This document shows, piece by piece, positions 50,036 through 59,679 of a stretch of 64,000 nucleotides of DNA. The first letter of the stretch is position 1. Every line of letters starts with the position of its first letter. Origin of the DNA: an uncultured Spirochaetota bacterium (GTDB taxonomy: Bacteria; Spirochaetota; Spirochaetia; SZUA-6; Fen-1364); NCBI GenBank assembly GCA_963845535.1, contig CAWJSK010000012.1, positions 640,001 to 704,000 on the forward strand, written 5' to 3'. Position numbers and translations under genes: made by a program. Under the pieces are notes generated by a model, which saw only the letters and a program-made list of their open reading frames with translations, was not told where the DNA came from and did not search any database.

Positions 50036-51555
50036 TGGGATACACGATCTCGATTGTGGATGATGAGCCGCGGGTGCGAAAAGGGCTTTCAAAGCTCATC
50101 AGCTCGCGAGGAGAGGCCTGGAGCGCGTGCAGGCTTTTCTCCAGCGGCAACGCCGCGCTGGAAGCCGCCCGCGCGGAGCGCGTTGACGTGATCCTGGCTG
50201 ACATCCGGATGCCGGGCCTGGACGGTCTGGAGCTTGCGTACGCCCTGCGCACCGCGTCGCCTGACACTGTGGTTGTGATCATGAGCGGCTACAAGGAGTT
50301 CGACTACGCGCGGCGCGCCATGAAGGTCGGCGTGCTCGACTTCATTGTGAAGCCGATCGAGGAAGAGGAGCTGTTCGCGGTCCTTGATCGCGCCCGGGCG
50401 GAAGTGGAGCGCCGCAAGTCTGACCGCCTGAGGGCCGCGTCGGCCGGTGATCTGGATGCTCTCAAGGACGCGCTTCTCACGGAGGCGCTGAGCTCCGCGT
50501 CCGCTGCCGAAGCAGGGGCGCGGCTTTGTGACCTGCTCGACATTCACCTGGGGACATTCGTCATTCTCAGCGCGCAGATCCTCCCGCCCACTTCAGAGGA
50601 CGGCCCTCCGCTGCCGTCCCGTGCCGCCATGGAGTCCGCCCTGAGACGTGAGGCGCACCTTTTCTCCGTCCACGAGCAGTTTGTCGCGCTGGTCCCGGGA
50701 AGCTTGCCACAGGCGGGGGAGATTGCTTTGCGGCTCTCTGCTCTCCTGGGAACCCGGGGCAGGATCGGGGTGAGCCTGGAGAACGACGGCCACGCAAGGA
50801 TCAGCGCCGCTTTCGAGCAAAGCATGTTGGCCTTGCGGCCAGGCTACTATGACCGAGGGAAGGCGCTTGCTTTCTATGAGCCCTGGACCGCCCGCCCCCT
50901 GCCGTATTCAACGCCCGCGCAGGACAAGCTCGTGGCCTGCCTGGTAACCGGAAACCGGGATACCGCGGAGACGTGCGCCAGGGATTTCCTGGCTCCCCTG
51001 CGCCAGGCTCAGATACCCCTCCAGCTCCTGGAAGAGCACGTCGGAGCCGTGATCAGGCATGTCCTGGAGGTTCTCTCTTCGGTCCTGCCGGACCATGAGG
51101 AGGCGCAGAAAATCGCGCTGTCCGTCACATCCATCCTCAAGCACGGATGGTTCGACGCGCTGGAGGCGCGCTTTGTTGAGGTCATGGTGGCGCTCGCCGC
51201 CAGGGTCGAGCAGGCCAACCAGTACAGGCTCGGCAGGGCGGTGCGGCGGGCGGTACGTTTCATCGAGGAGAACTACGGGCGCGACCTTCCCCTTGAAGAG
51301 GTTGCCAAAAGCGTGGGCCTGAGCCCCAGCTACTTTTCCTCCTCGTTCAAACGGGAGACCGGGAAGAACGTCGTGGAATACATCACCGAGTACCGGGTGG
51401 AAAAAGCAATCGAGCTTCTGTGCGCGACAAATCTCAACACCTCCGAGGTGGCGTATCGGGTGGGGTTCAACGACCCGAAATATTTCACGCGCATCTTCAA
51501 ACGGAGCGTCGGCGTGACACCGTCCTTGTACAGGAGGTATTCGCAGGAAAAGTAA
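50035..51555 (+). CDS. YesN-like response regulator (REC plus AraC HTH)
   Basis: VDDEP...DIRMPGLDG...SGY.EF; C-terminal SPSYFSSSFK..TG and VGFNDPKYFTRIFK..VGVTP. Confidence 0.95.
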   Translation: MGYTISIVDDEPRVRKGLSKLISSRGEAWSACRLFSSGNAALEAARAERVDVILADIRMPGLDGLELAYALRTASPDTVVVIMSGYKEFDYARRAMKVGVLDFIVKPIEEEELFAVLDRARAEVERRKSDRLRAASAGDLDALKDALLTEALSSASAAEAGARLCDLLDIHLGTFVILSAQILPPTSEDGPPLPSRAAMESALRREAHLFSVHEQFVALVPGSLPQAGEIALRLSALLGTRGRIGVSLENDGHARISAAFEQSMLALRPGYYDRGKALAFYEPWTARPLPYSTPAQDKLVACLVTGNRDTAETCARDFLAPLRQAQIPLQLLEEHVGAVIRHVLEVLSSVLPDHEEAQKIALSVTSILKHGWFDALEARFVEVMVALAARVEQANQYRLGRAVRRAVRFIEENYGRDLPLEEVAKSVGLSPSYFSSSFKRETGKNVVEYITEYRVEKAIELLCATNLNTSEVAYRVGFNDPKYFTRIFKRSVGVTPSLYRRYSQEK

Positions 51556-51647
51556 AATACTCCACCAATTGAAAAGAAATTCGTGTTTCTTTTGCCGACG
51601 CGGAGTGAGAGGATCAACGCAGATCAATCACGCGAGAGGAGGAAAGA

Positions 51648-52958
51648 ATGAGAGAAAAACATTTTCGGACCTTCCTTCTTGTTTGCGCCGCGGCGGCCTT
51701 CCTGCTGACAGCGGCGGGAGCGTTTGCCGGAGGAGCCAAGGAAAGCACATCCGGCGCCGCGCCGAGCTCGACCGCGGTCAAGGAGCTGTCTCTCTGGGAC
51801 TTCCACGGCGCCGCCGAAGGAGAGTTCTTCAAGAGCCTTCCCGACCTGTACGCCCAGGTCAATCCCCAGGTGAAGATCACCGTGCAGACCGTCCCCTGGG
51901 ACGACTATCTGGGCACCAAGCTCGAAGCTGCCTTTGCTGCCGGCGCTGGTCCTGACCTTTTCTTCGTCAGCCCGGGCACCATCGGAAAGTACATCAACTC
52001 CGGGATCGCCTACCCGCTGAACGCATTCATGACGGACACAATCGTCTCGGATTTCTCACCGAGCTCGATCAAAGGCGTTTCCATCGGGGACAAGATCTAC
52101 GCCATTCCCTTTGAGATCGAGCTGGTTGGCCTGTACTACGACGCGGACGTCCTGGCCGCCGCCGGCGTTCAACCTCCGGCAACCTGGGATGACCTGAAAG
52201 CGGCGGCGCTCAAGCTCAAGACCGACAAGAGAGCCGGGATAACGATCGAAGTGAGCAAAGGCGCGTACCAGACCTACACCTGGTATCCGTTCCTGTGGCA
52301 GACGGGAGCGGACGTGTTCACGGCGGACCTGAAACACTCCGCCCTGGACCAACCCGGCGTGGCGCAAGCGCTCCAGTTGTGGAAGGACCTCATTGACTCC
52401 GGAGCCGCCAACCTTCGGCCCAGCAGGTCCACCACGGACATCGGCATTCTGGGGGACGGAGAGACCGCCATGCAGATCTGCGGCTCCTGGGCAATCCCGA
52501 CAATCGAAAACCAGTACAAGACCAAGAACATCAAGGTCGTGCGGTTTCCCATCCCTGACGGCGGGAAGCCGGCGGACGTCGCCGGAGGATGGAAGTTCAT
52601 GGTGAACGCCAAGGGCAAATACCCGGAGGAAGCGGCAAAGTTCGCGGTGTGGGCATTCGGCACGAACGTCGACATCCCGCTGAAGTGGACCACGGTCACG
52701 AAGTTCGCATACTCACCGCGCAAGTCGGTGATTGCCGCGGGCCAGGCGATATTCACCAAGGGGCTTCGCGCCGTGTTCACGAACGATATCTACGGGACGG
52801 AGAAACCCGAGATCCGAATGCCGGCAGAGGCGAGCAGCATCCTCGAGGACATGATCCAGAACGCCATGTTCAACAAGGACTATGACGGCGCCAAAGCGGC
52901 CATGGAAGCCCACCAGCGGATGGAGGCATTCCTGAAGTCGTACCCCGGACAAATCTAG
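51648..52958 (+). CDS. Carbohydrate ABC transporter substrate-binding protein (CUT1)
   Basis: GAGGAGG RBS; signal ..AGAFAGGAKE; GPDLF, DKIYAIP, LYY, PATWDDL and G.TAM..CGSW. Confidence 0.93.
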   Translation: MREKHFRTFLLVCAAAAFLLTAAGAFAGGAKESTSGAAPSSTAVKELSLWDFHGAAEGEFFKSLPDLYAQVNPQVKITVQTVPWDDYLGTKLEAAFAAGAGPDLFFVSPGTIGKYINSGIAYPLNAFMTDTIVSDFSPSSIKGVSIGDKIYAIPFEIELVGLYYDADVLAAAGVQPPATWDDLKAAALKLKTDKRAGITIEVSKGAYQTYTWYPFLWQTGADVFTADLKHSALDQPGVAQALQLWKDLIDSGAANLRPSRSTTDIGILGDGETAMQICGSWAIPTIENQYKTKNIKVVRFPIPDGGKPADVAGGWKFMVNAKGKYPEEAAKFAVWAFGTNVDIPLKWTTVTKFAYSPRKSVIAAGQAIFTKGLRAVFTNDIYGTEKPEIRMPAEASSILEDMIQNAMFNKDYDGAKAAMEAHQRMEAFLKSYPGQI

Positions 52959-52983
52959 GCTGCTGAGAGAACATGCTATTTTT

Positions 52984-53021
52984 GAGAGGCATCCCGCTAC
53001 CCCGCAACGGGGATGCCTCTC
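52984..53021 (+). other. Intercistronic stem-loop after the binding-protein gene (mRNA stabiliser or attenuator)
   Basis: GAGAGGCATCCC (52984-52995) pairs with GGGATGCCTCTC (53010-53021). Confidence 0.65.
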
Positions 53022-53043
53022 TTCCTTTACGAGGGAGAGCGGA

Positions 53044-53931
53044 ATGCGCCGAATGAGAAGGGACAGGCTCCAGGAAGCGCTGTCCGCGTACGCGATGCTC
53101 CTGCCTGACGTGGCAGGGCTCCTCATTTTCCTGTTCATCCCAATCGTCTCCGCCTTCGTGGTCAGCCTCCATTCATGGAACGGCCTGAGGCCAATGGTCT
53201 ACGCGGGCGGCGCAAACTACCAGCGTCTCCTGGGAGATCAGGTATTCTGGCAGTCCCTTCTTACCACCGTCAGGTACGCCGTCATGTACGTTCCGGCGGT
53301 CTTCGTCATCTCCTTCGCCCTCGCCGTCCTGGTGAACGGCATCAAGGGCAGAAAGCAGCAGGTCTTTCGGACGCTTCTGTTCATCCCTTTCGCCATCTCG
53401 ACCGTCGTCGCCGCCCTTGCGTGGTCATTCATCTACGACCCCATGCGGGGGTATCTCAACAGCTTCCTGAGCTTGTTCAGGATACCAGCGCAGCCGTACC
53501 TGGGTTCGATGGGCCAGGCGCTTCCGTCCGTGGCCATCGTGGGGATCTGGCTCGTGATCGGCTATTACATGGTGATCTTTCTTGCGGCCATCAAGGACAT
53601 TCCCCAAACCTATTTCGAGGCCGCGGAGATCGACGGCGCCAACCCATGGCAGAAGCTCGTGTACATAACGTTCCCCTCCGTTCGCGACACGAGCCTCTTC
53701 GTGGCCATCGTCACCACCATCGGATCCTTCCAGGTCTTCGACCAGATCCAGGTCATGACCCGGGGAGGCCCGGCGGCCGCCACGAACGTCACCGTCTACT
53801 ACATCTTCCGGCAGGCCTTCGAGATCTCCGAGCTGGGCTACGCCTCGGCAACGGCGTTCATCCTGTTCATCATCATCATGACCCTCACGCTCGTTCAGCT
53901 GCGCGTGTTCGGCGCAACCCGGCGGCAGTAG
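53044..53931 (+). CDS. Carbohydrate ABC transporter permease (MalF/UgpA-like)
   Basis: EAA loop IPQTYFEAAEIDGA; FQVFDQI..MTRGGP; LGYASA. Confidence 0.95.
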   Translation: MRRMRRDRLQEALSAYAMLLPDVAGLLIFLFIPIVSAFVVSLHSWNGLRPMVYAGGANYQRLLGDQVFWQSLLTTVRYAVMYVPAVFVISFALAVLVNGIKGRKQQVFRTLLFIPFAISTVVAALAWSFIYDPMRGYLNSFLSLFRIPAQPYLGSMGQALPSVAIVGIWLVIGYYMVIFLAAIKDIPQTYFEAAEIDGANPWQKLVYITFPSVRDTSLFVAIVTTIGSFQVFDQIQVMTRGGPAAATNVTVYYIFRQAFEISELGYASATAFILFIIIMTLTLVQLRVFGATRRQ

Positions 53932-53940
53932 AGGCCGGTG

Positions 53941-54765
53941 ATGAAGTCTGGGAAAGGAAGACAGGCCATCCTCATTACCGCGGGCGTGATCGCCGTGGTC
54001 ATCATGCTGCTCCCCATCTACATCATGGTGTTGAGCTCATTCAAGCCGCTCTCCCGGATCTTCGACCTTGTGCTCCTGCCCAGTCCGGCGAGCCTGACGC
54101 TGGACAACTACCGCCAGGTGCTCGTGAGCGAGAACTTCCCGCACTACATCGGCAACTCGCTCTTCGTCGCGGTGACCGTGACGGTGGTTGCCCTTTTCTT
54201 CCACTCCACCGCGGGGTACGCGCTGGCACGGCTTCGATTCCCCGGCCGCCAGCTCATCTTCGTGTGGATCCTCAGCACGCTCATGGTTCCTTTCGCCGTC
54301 ATCATGATCCCGCTCTTCATTCTTGTGCGGAATCTCGGGATCACGAACTCCCTCTGGGGCATCATCCTCCCGGCCATACCCCACGCCTACGGGATCTTCC
54401 TCTTCCGTCAGTTCTACCTGGGGATCCCCCGAGAGCTTGAAGAATCCGCCATGATGGACGGCCTGTCCCATTACGGCATCTTTTTCAGAATAGTGGCGCC
54501 GCTCTCCACCGCCATCGCCGTCACGCTTGCCGTGGCCTTCTTCGTGGCAAACTGGAACAACTACCTCTGGCCCCTGATCGTGACGCAGAAGCAGTCGCTG
54601 TGGGTGATCCAGATTGCCATCGCGAACTTCCGCGGAGAGCGCATGATTGCCTGGAACCTCGTGCTGGCGGCTTCGTGCATCACGATCATCCCTACCGTCG
54701 TCATCTTCCTCGTCTTCCAGCGCTACCTGGTGGAAGGGATCAAGATGTCGGGCATCAAGATGTAA
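53941..54765 (+). CDS. Carbohydrate ABC transporter permease (MalG/UgpE-like)
   Basis: Motifs AGYALARLRFPG, IPRELEESAMMDG, WNNYLWPL and QRYLVEGI. Confidence 0.95.
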   Translation: MKSGKGRQAILITAGVIAVVIMLLPIYIMVLSSFKPLSRIFDLVLLPSPASLTLDNYRQVLVSENFPHYIGNSLFVAVTVTVVALFFHSTAGYALARLRFPGRQLIFVWILSTLMVPFAVIMIPLFILVRNLGITNSLWGIILPAIPHAYGIFLFRQFYLGIPRELEESAMMDGLSHYGIFFRIVAPLSTAIAVTLAVAFFVANWNNYLWPLIVTQKQSLWVIQIAIANFRGERMIAWNLVLAASCITIIPTVVIFLVFQRYLVEGIKMSGIKM

Positions 54766-54807
54766 AGAACCCCGTGCTGCTGTACAATCCCCTGACCAGG
54801 AGGAACC

Positions 54808-55896
54808 ATGCGCATTGCGGGAAGGGAGTACACCCGCCGGGAAGCCGAACGAAGGATCGGCAACCTGCGGCAGCTTGGCGGGATCCGCCACTGCGAGCTT
54901 ACGGACGGCAAAGCGCGCGGGGTGCGGGCCCTCGAGGTCACGACGGGCAGCGGGCTTGCTTTCACCGTCCTCCCCGATCGTGGGATGGACGTCGCAGATT
55001 TCACCTACAAGGGCATCAATCTCGTCTATCACACGGCGAGCGGCATTACGCATCCCGCGTATTACGACCCTGTAGGAGCGGAATGGCTGAGGGTCTTTTT
55101 CGGCGGGCTCCTCACGACCTGCGGCCTTACGTATTTCGGCCGGCCAGGCCGGGATGGAGAGGAAGACCTCGGCCTTCATGGAAGGTACTCGGCGCTTCCC
55201 GCGGTCAGAGTATCGGACCTTTCCCGATGGGAAGGAGACGAGTACCTCCTCGAGATCACCGGCATAATTGAGGAGGCCGTCATCTTTGGGCACAAGCTCA
55301 GGCTGACCCGGTCCTTTTCCACCGCCATCGGCTCGAAAAGCCTGCGCATCCGCGACCGTGTGGAGAACTTCGGCTCCAAACCTTCCCCCTTCCTCATCCT
55401 CTATCACATGAACGCAGGGTTCCCGCTTCTTGATCAGACAGCCGAGCTGGTTGCCGCATCTCGCGGCGTTGAACCATATGACGAGGGGTCCGCGACCGGC
55501 CTTGCGGGAGTCACCAGGTTTGCGGCGCCGGAGGCTGAGTTTGCCGAGATGAACTTCCTTCACACCATGGCCGCGGACGAACATGGTTTCACCAGTGCCG
55601 CGCTCATCAACAGGTCCTTGGCGGGCGGACTCGGGCTCGGCCTTCGTTATCAGACAGCCACTCTCCCCTACCTGAGCCAGTGGAAGATGCTCGCTGATGT
55701 TGACTACGTGGTCGGGATTGAACCGGTGAATGCAAAGATCGCAAACCGCGCCGATCTTCGAGCAGAAGGCAGGCTTCCCTTGATTGAGCCGGGGGAGACC
55801 AAGGAGATGCACCTCGAGGTGAGTGTCCTTGACGGCAGCGCGGAGATCGATGCCTTCTGCGCAGAGACAAAGAGAATCCAAGGGAGGGCACTATGA
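54808..55896 (+). CDS. DUF4432 / aldose 1-epimerase-like protein
   Basis: Motifs GLAFTVLPDRGMD, FFGGLLTTCGL, LHGR, LYHMNAG and YVVGIEP. Confidence 0.88.
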   Translation: MRIAGREYTRREAERRIGNLRQLGGIRHCELTDGKARGVRALEVTTGSGLAFTVLPDRGMDVADFTYKGINLVYHTASGITHPAYYDPVGAEWLRVFFGGLLTTCGLTYFGRPGRDGEEDLGLHGRYSALPAVRVSDLSRWEGDEYLLEITGIIEEAVIFGHKLRLTRSFSTAIGSKSLRIRDRVENFGSKPSPFLILYHMNAGFPLLDQTAELVAASRGVEPYDEGSATGLAGVTRFAAPEAEFAEMNFLHTMAADEHGFTSAALINRSLAGGLGLGLRYQTATLPYLSQWKMLADVDYVVGIEPVNAKIANRADLRAEGRLPLIEPGETKEMHLEVSVLDGSAEIDAFCAETKRIQGRAL

Positions 55897-57275
55897 TTAC
55901 CCCGAGCGCAGGCTTCGTTGTATACGGCGTCCACAAGGACGGTCTTGCTGATCCGATGGGAACGCCCTTCATCGACGAAAAAACCGTGGCCCATTCCCGT
56001 GACGCCTTGAAGGCGCGGGGCATCAAGCTTCGCGAGCACCCGATTGTGATAGCGAGCAAGGCAGAAGCCCGGGCCGCGCTGGATGAAATGAAGAAGGACG
56101 ATGCCGTGGACTGCCTGGTGCTCTTCTCCGGCACATGGGTGTGGGCCGCGCACCTGGTGGCTGCCATTCGGGACTTTGCCATGAGCGGCAAACCCGTCCT
56201 GATCTGGACCCATCCGGGCTCCCAGGGATGGCGGCCCGTGGGAGGGCTGGTCCTTCACGGAGCGCTCCTGGAGGTGGGCATCCCTCACAAGTTCGTGTAC
56301 GGAAGCGCAGACGACCCGGCCGAAGTGGACCGCGTCTCGAGCTGGTGCAAGGCGGCGCACCTGAAGCGGCTCCTGAACATGGCCACCATTGGGACGTTCG
56401 GCGGCCGAGGGATGGGGCAGACCTGCGGGGCAGCCGACCCTTCCCAATGGATGCGGACCTTCGGCGTGGACATCGATTCGCGCGACACCGCGGAGCTGAT
56501 TCGGGCCGCTCAGGAAGTCAGCGCGGAGGAGCTCCGCGCGCTGGAGCCGCGTCTCGTGAAGCTCTTCGGCAAAGCCCCTGAAAAAAGCCTCGTGAACGAA
56601 AAGTCCATGCGGCTGTACCTGGCAATCAAGAAGATCGTGGAAAAAGAGGGCTTTGATTTCTACACTATCCAGTCGTTCCCCGGCCTTGCGGATGACTACG
56701 CGGCAACCTGCTTTGCGCAGAGCATGATGCTGGAGGACGGATGCCCAACGAGCACCCTGGGGGACTTCAACACCGCCCTTTCCGTGTTCCTCCTGACAAA
56801 GCTGAGCAAGGACCTCGTATACTATGGAGACTTGCAACACATCGACAAGAAAAAGAAAGAGATCAAGATCATTGGCGATGGCGCCGTGCCGCCTTCTTTG
56901 GCCGGGAAGCTTGGTCCCGCGGGATTTGCGGAGCACGGGATCCCCACGGAAGGCGGGGCCGGCGGGCTCTCTGTGCGGCTCATCTGTAAGGCCGGGGAAG
57001 GCGCGCTTGCCCGTCTGGGCAGGGTGAACGGCGACTTCCAGATGGTGATCGTCCCCTGCTCCATCTTCGAGCCGCCTGCTGATCAGGTGGAGGCACGGCT
57101 TGCGGAGTGCGGCATCCCGTTCTGGCCGCATGGCTTTGTGACCGCGCACGCAGACATGGACGCGCTCCTCCAAAGCTGGACGAACGAATACGCGTGCTTG
57201 GGGTATGGGGCAGATCTGGCGCCTGCGCTGGAAGACTTCTGCGAGCTGACAGGAGTGAAAGCCATCAGGCCGTGA
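55893..57275 (+). CDS. L-fucose/L-arabinose isomerase superfamily protein (atypical motifs)
   Basis: FucI-like layout: FGGR.MG, ..GD....S, YYGD, K.GE..LARL and C-terminal WPHGF...W..EY....YG...L..FC...G. ATGA overlap with DUF4432. Confidence 0.7.
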   Translation: MITPSAGFVVYGVHKDGLADPMGTPFIDEKTVAHSRDALKARGIKLREHPIVIASKAEARAALDEMKKDDAVDCLVLFSGTWVWAAHLVAAIRDFAMSGKPVLIWTHPGSQGWRPVGGLVLHGALLEVGIPHKFVYGSADDPAEVDRVSSWCKAAHLKRLLNMATIGTFGGRGMGQTCGAADPSQWMRTFGVDIDSRDTAELIRAAQEVSAEELRALEPRLVKLFGKAPEKSLVNEKSMRLYLAIKKIVEKEGFDFYTIQSFPGLADDYAATCFAQSMMLEDGCPTSTLGDFNTALSVFLLTKLSKDLVYYGDLQHIDKKKKEIKIIGDGAVPPSLAGKLGPAGFAEHGIPTEGGAGGLSVRLICKAGEGALARLGRVNGDFQMVIVPCSIFEPPADQVEARLAECGIPFWPHGFVTAHADMDALLQSWTNEYACLGYGADLAPALEDFCELTGVKAIRP

Positions 57276-57351
57276 GAAAACGCGCCATAACGCGGCCCGC
57301 CGTGCTGACCCGCATCGTTACCACCACAGGCTGAGAAAAGCTAAACCAGGC

Positions 57352-57747
57352 TCACCGCTTCCTCCGAGAACTGATGTACTCGCTCTTTGATTGCATCACG
57401 CATACCGCGCACCTGGGCCATGATCGTTTCATCCGAGCCTCCAGGCCTGCGCTTTCGACCTCGTACCTATCTCCACCGAACTTCCTGAGATAGGCCTCGG
57501 CCATTTGACTCCTGGCGGAGTTGTGTGTGCAGACGAGAATCGCGCCCGCGGCCACGCTCCCAACGTCGGTGAAGCCTGCACTCTTGATCATCGTAGTAAG
57601 CTCATCGACAGGCGAAGCCCCTGCGATGCATGCGGAGTACGATGCGAGGTCGCCTCGCAGCTCATCCGTGAGCTTTCCCGAGGCAACCATGTCGGAGACG
57701 GCCAGACGCCCTCCGCGCTTCAACACGCGAAATATGAGGTTGAGCAA
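57352..57747 (-). pseudogene. Chimeric remnant: ArsM-like methyltransferase C-terminal fragment joined to an ArsC (LMW-PTP type) N-terminal fragment
   Basis: [16 protein letters not shown]...SACIAGA......I..AGF.DV (ArsM-like) is followed by [18 protein letters not shown]....G.R.EVESAG (ArsC P-loop). Neither part is full length. Confidence 0.8.
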
Positions 57748-58192
57748 AATGTAGGTGTTCCTCTTCCTCAGGTGATGCAGTGCCTCATCTCCGCCAGCCT
57801 GCGCTTATGGAGTCTTCATGTTTTCCCCTTCATTTCGATCCGTACCATCAAGTGATAGTTGCTCGTAGTCTCGCAAAAACCAGCGGCCGTACTTCATCGA
57901 CGAGACCTTTGCAGCCCTGTTGCAAAAGAAGCGTTGGGACTTGCTCACCCACCGGCGCATGACGGCGGGCTATCCCGATGCGTTTCTTCTCTTCCTTTCG
58001 ATTCTTTCGCGCGGCATCTGCCAACCGCCCATCGTCCGCCCGCGAATGGATTGGGTTCTGAGCCTGTTTTGCGCCAATGTACAGCGCGTACCAGTTATGG
58101 TACATGGATTCCTCCTCCTTGACCTGTCGTCTGCAACAAAATTAGGGCTGCTTGCCGTCCGCTTCTTGAGGACGTGGTTGCATAAAGCCAGG

Positions 58193-58270
58193 TAACCTGC
58201 TATAAGACGTTAACGGGTTATAACATAGTCAAGGTCGAGTAACTTGTCAAATTTATTTTGATGGTTACTC
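58193..58270. promoter_or_regulatory. Two tandem palindromic sites TAACY-N18-GGTTA upstream of the CGNR gene (putative autoregulatory operators)
   Basis: TAACC 58193-58197 with GGTTA 58216-58220; GAGTAAC 58237-58243 with GTTACTC 58264-58270. Confidence 0.6.
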
Positions 58271-58284
58271 GAAAAGGAGAACAT

Positions 58285-58896
58285 ATGAACTCGAAATCGC
58301 AGATAGCATCCAGAGAAATGCTGGGAGAAAATCTCTGCCTGGACTACCTTAATCCGGTTATTGCCGACGGACAGAGCGACTACTTCTTCAGCTCGTACGA
58401 GCGTCTCGTCGATTGGGGCGTTGCGGTGGGAACCGTGAATACGACCGAGGCGAAATCCCTGCAGGCTGTCGCCGAAAGCGTTCCGCCGGATGCTACCCAA
58501 GAAGCACTTCGGTACGCGCGATCGATCCGGGATCTCCTGCGGACGATTTTTGCCCCCCTTGCAACAGGCGATAAGGTCGATGCTGATATAGAGACGTTGA
58601 ACGAAGTCTATGCCCGGGCCTCGGAGCACCGGCGCCTGACCGTTTCCCGGAACCGACTCCTCTGGGTGTGGACTTCGGACGGGCACCCAGGCAAAATGTT
58701 TTGGCCAGTAATCCCTGCTGCGGTGGATTTGCTTTTGTCAGCAGAGCTGTCTCGCTTGCGCTCGTGCGTTGGATGCAGCTGGCTTTTTCTGGACACTTCG
58801 AAAAACCACAGTCGCCGCTGGTGCCGCATGAAAGACTGCGGAAACCGAGAAAAGGCGCGATCCTACCGGCAGAGGAAAAAGCCGTCCCGGATCTGA
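58285..58896 (+). CDS. CGNR zinc-finger / ABATE domain protein (putative transcriptional regulator)
   Basis: GENLCLDYLN N-terminus; C-terminal CVGCSWLFLDTSKNHSRRWCRMKDCGNREK. AAGGAG RBS. Confidence 0.93.
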   Translation: MNSKSQIASREMLGENLCLDYLNPVIADGQSDYFFSSYERLVDWGVAVGTVNTTEAKSLQAVAESVPPDATQEALRYARSIRDLLRTIFAPLATGDKVDADIETLNEVYARASEHRRLTVSRNRLLWVWTSDGHPGKMFWPVIPAAVDLLLSAELSRLRSCVGCSWLFLDTSKNHSRRWCRMKDCGNREKARSYRQRKKPSRI

Positions 58897-59014
58897 AAAC
58901 AACTCGAAGAAGGTGACCGGGCAAGATCGAAAGGGCGACAAAACTATATGGCCAAATGCGCGATTGTCCCTTTCTCCTCTTCCCGTTCGACTACTCAGTG
59001 CAGGAGGAAAAGCG

Positions 59015-59473
59015 ATGAAATACATTCTTGCAGTATGCCTGGCCCTCGCGGCGATACCGACCGTGTATTCCCAGCAGGTGACGACGGACAAACTGCTGAT
59101 GATCAGCATGGCGGTCCGCGACATGGACAAATCCGAATTGTTCTATACCTCAGCCCTGGGCTTGAAGGCCACGCAGGATTACAGCCAGGGCGGACAACGA
59201 TGGGTGTCTCTGAGTCTGCCCGGCGGCGGGGCATCCATGAGTTTGTTGCAGGCTGCGAACACCGAGAACCTCAGGCCAGGGACCCAGAAGTTGTACTTTA
59301 CGACCTCCGACGCCGAGTCATTGTACAAGGCAATCAAGGCGAAAGGCATCGCGCCAACCCACGAGCTCACGAAAGAAACCTGGCAAGGGTCGCCGTGGGC
59401 CGCATGGTTCGGCCTGTCGGACCCGGACGGGAACCAAATAATGATTGTACAGATGAAGACCGCTGCCGAGTAG
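59015..59473 (+). CDS. VOC/glyoxalase-family protein with N-terminal signal peptide
   Basis: AGGAGG RBS; MKYILAVCLALAAIPTVYS|Q; VRDMDKS..FY...LGL and F...DPDGN. Confidence 0.85.
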   Translation: MKYILAVCLALAAIPTVYSQQVTTDKLLMISMAVRDMDKSELFYTSALGLKATQDYSQGGQRWVSLSLPGGGASMSLLQAANTENLRPGTQKLYFTTSDAESLYKAIKAKGIAPTHELTKETWQGSPWAAWFGLSDPDGNQIMIVQMKTAAE

Positions 59474-59679
59474 TCCCAGGCGCGAGGATAGTCTCAACGT
59501 CGCTCCTTCATCTCGGTGAGCAGGATGAGGGAGCGATTTGCCATTTCGGCATGAAGACCCTCTTCAGCTCAGGCACGGCCTGATATCGCTTCTTGTAATA
59601 AGATTCGCGCTGACAATTTCCTGAAATCTTGACCAAAAAATGTGCCGCAGTAAATTCAATTCCAGAGAGAGGGAAACCG

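Noticed and set aside
51648..54765. CUT1 ABC transporter lacking an ATPase gene
   Set aside because: Common; such systems typically share an MsmX/MalK-type ATPase encoded elsewhere.
57848..58105. Possible ArsR fragment upstream of the ars remnant (GLVDEVR..VF.RL)
   Set aside because: Similarity is too short and weak to support without a search.
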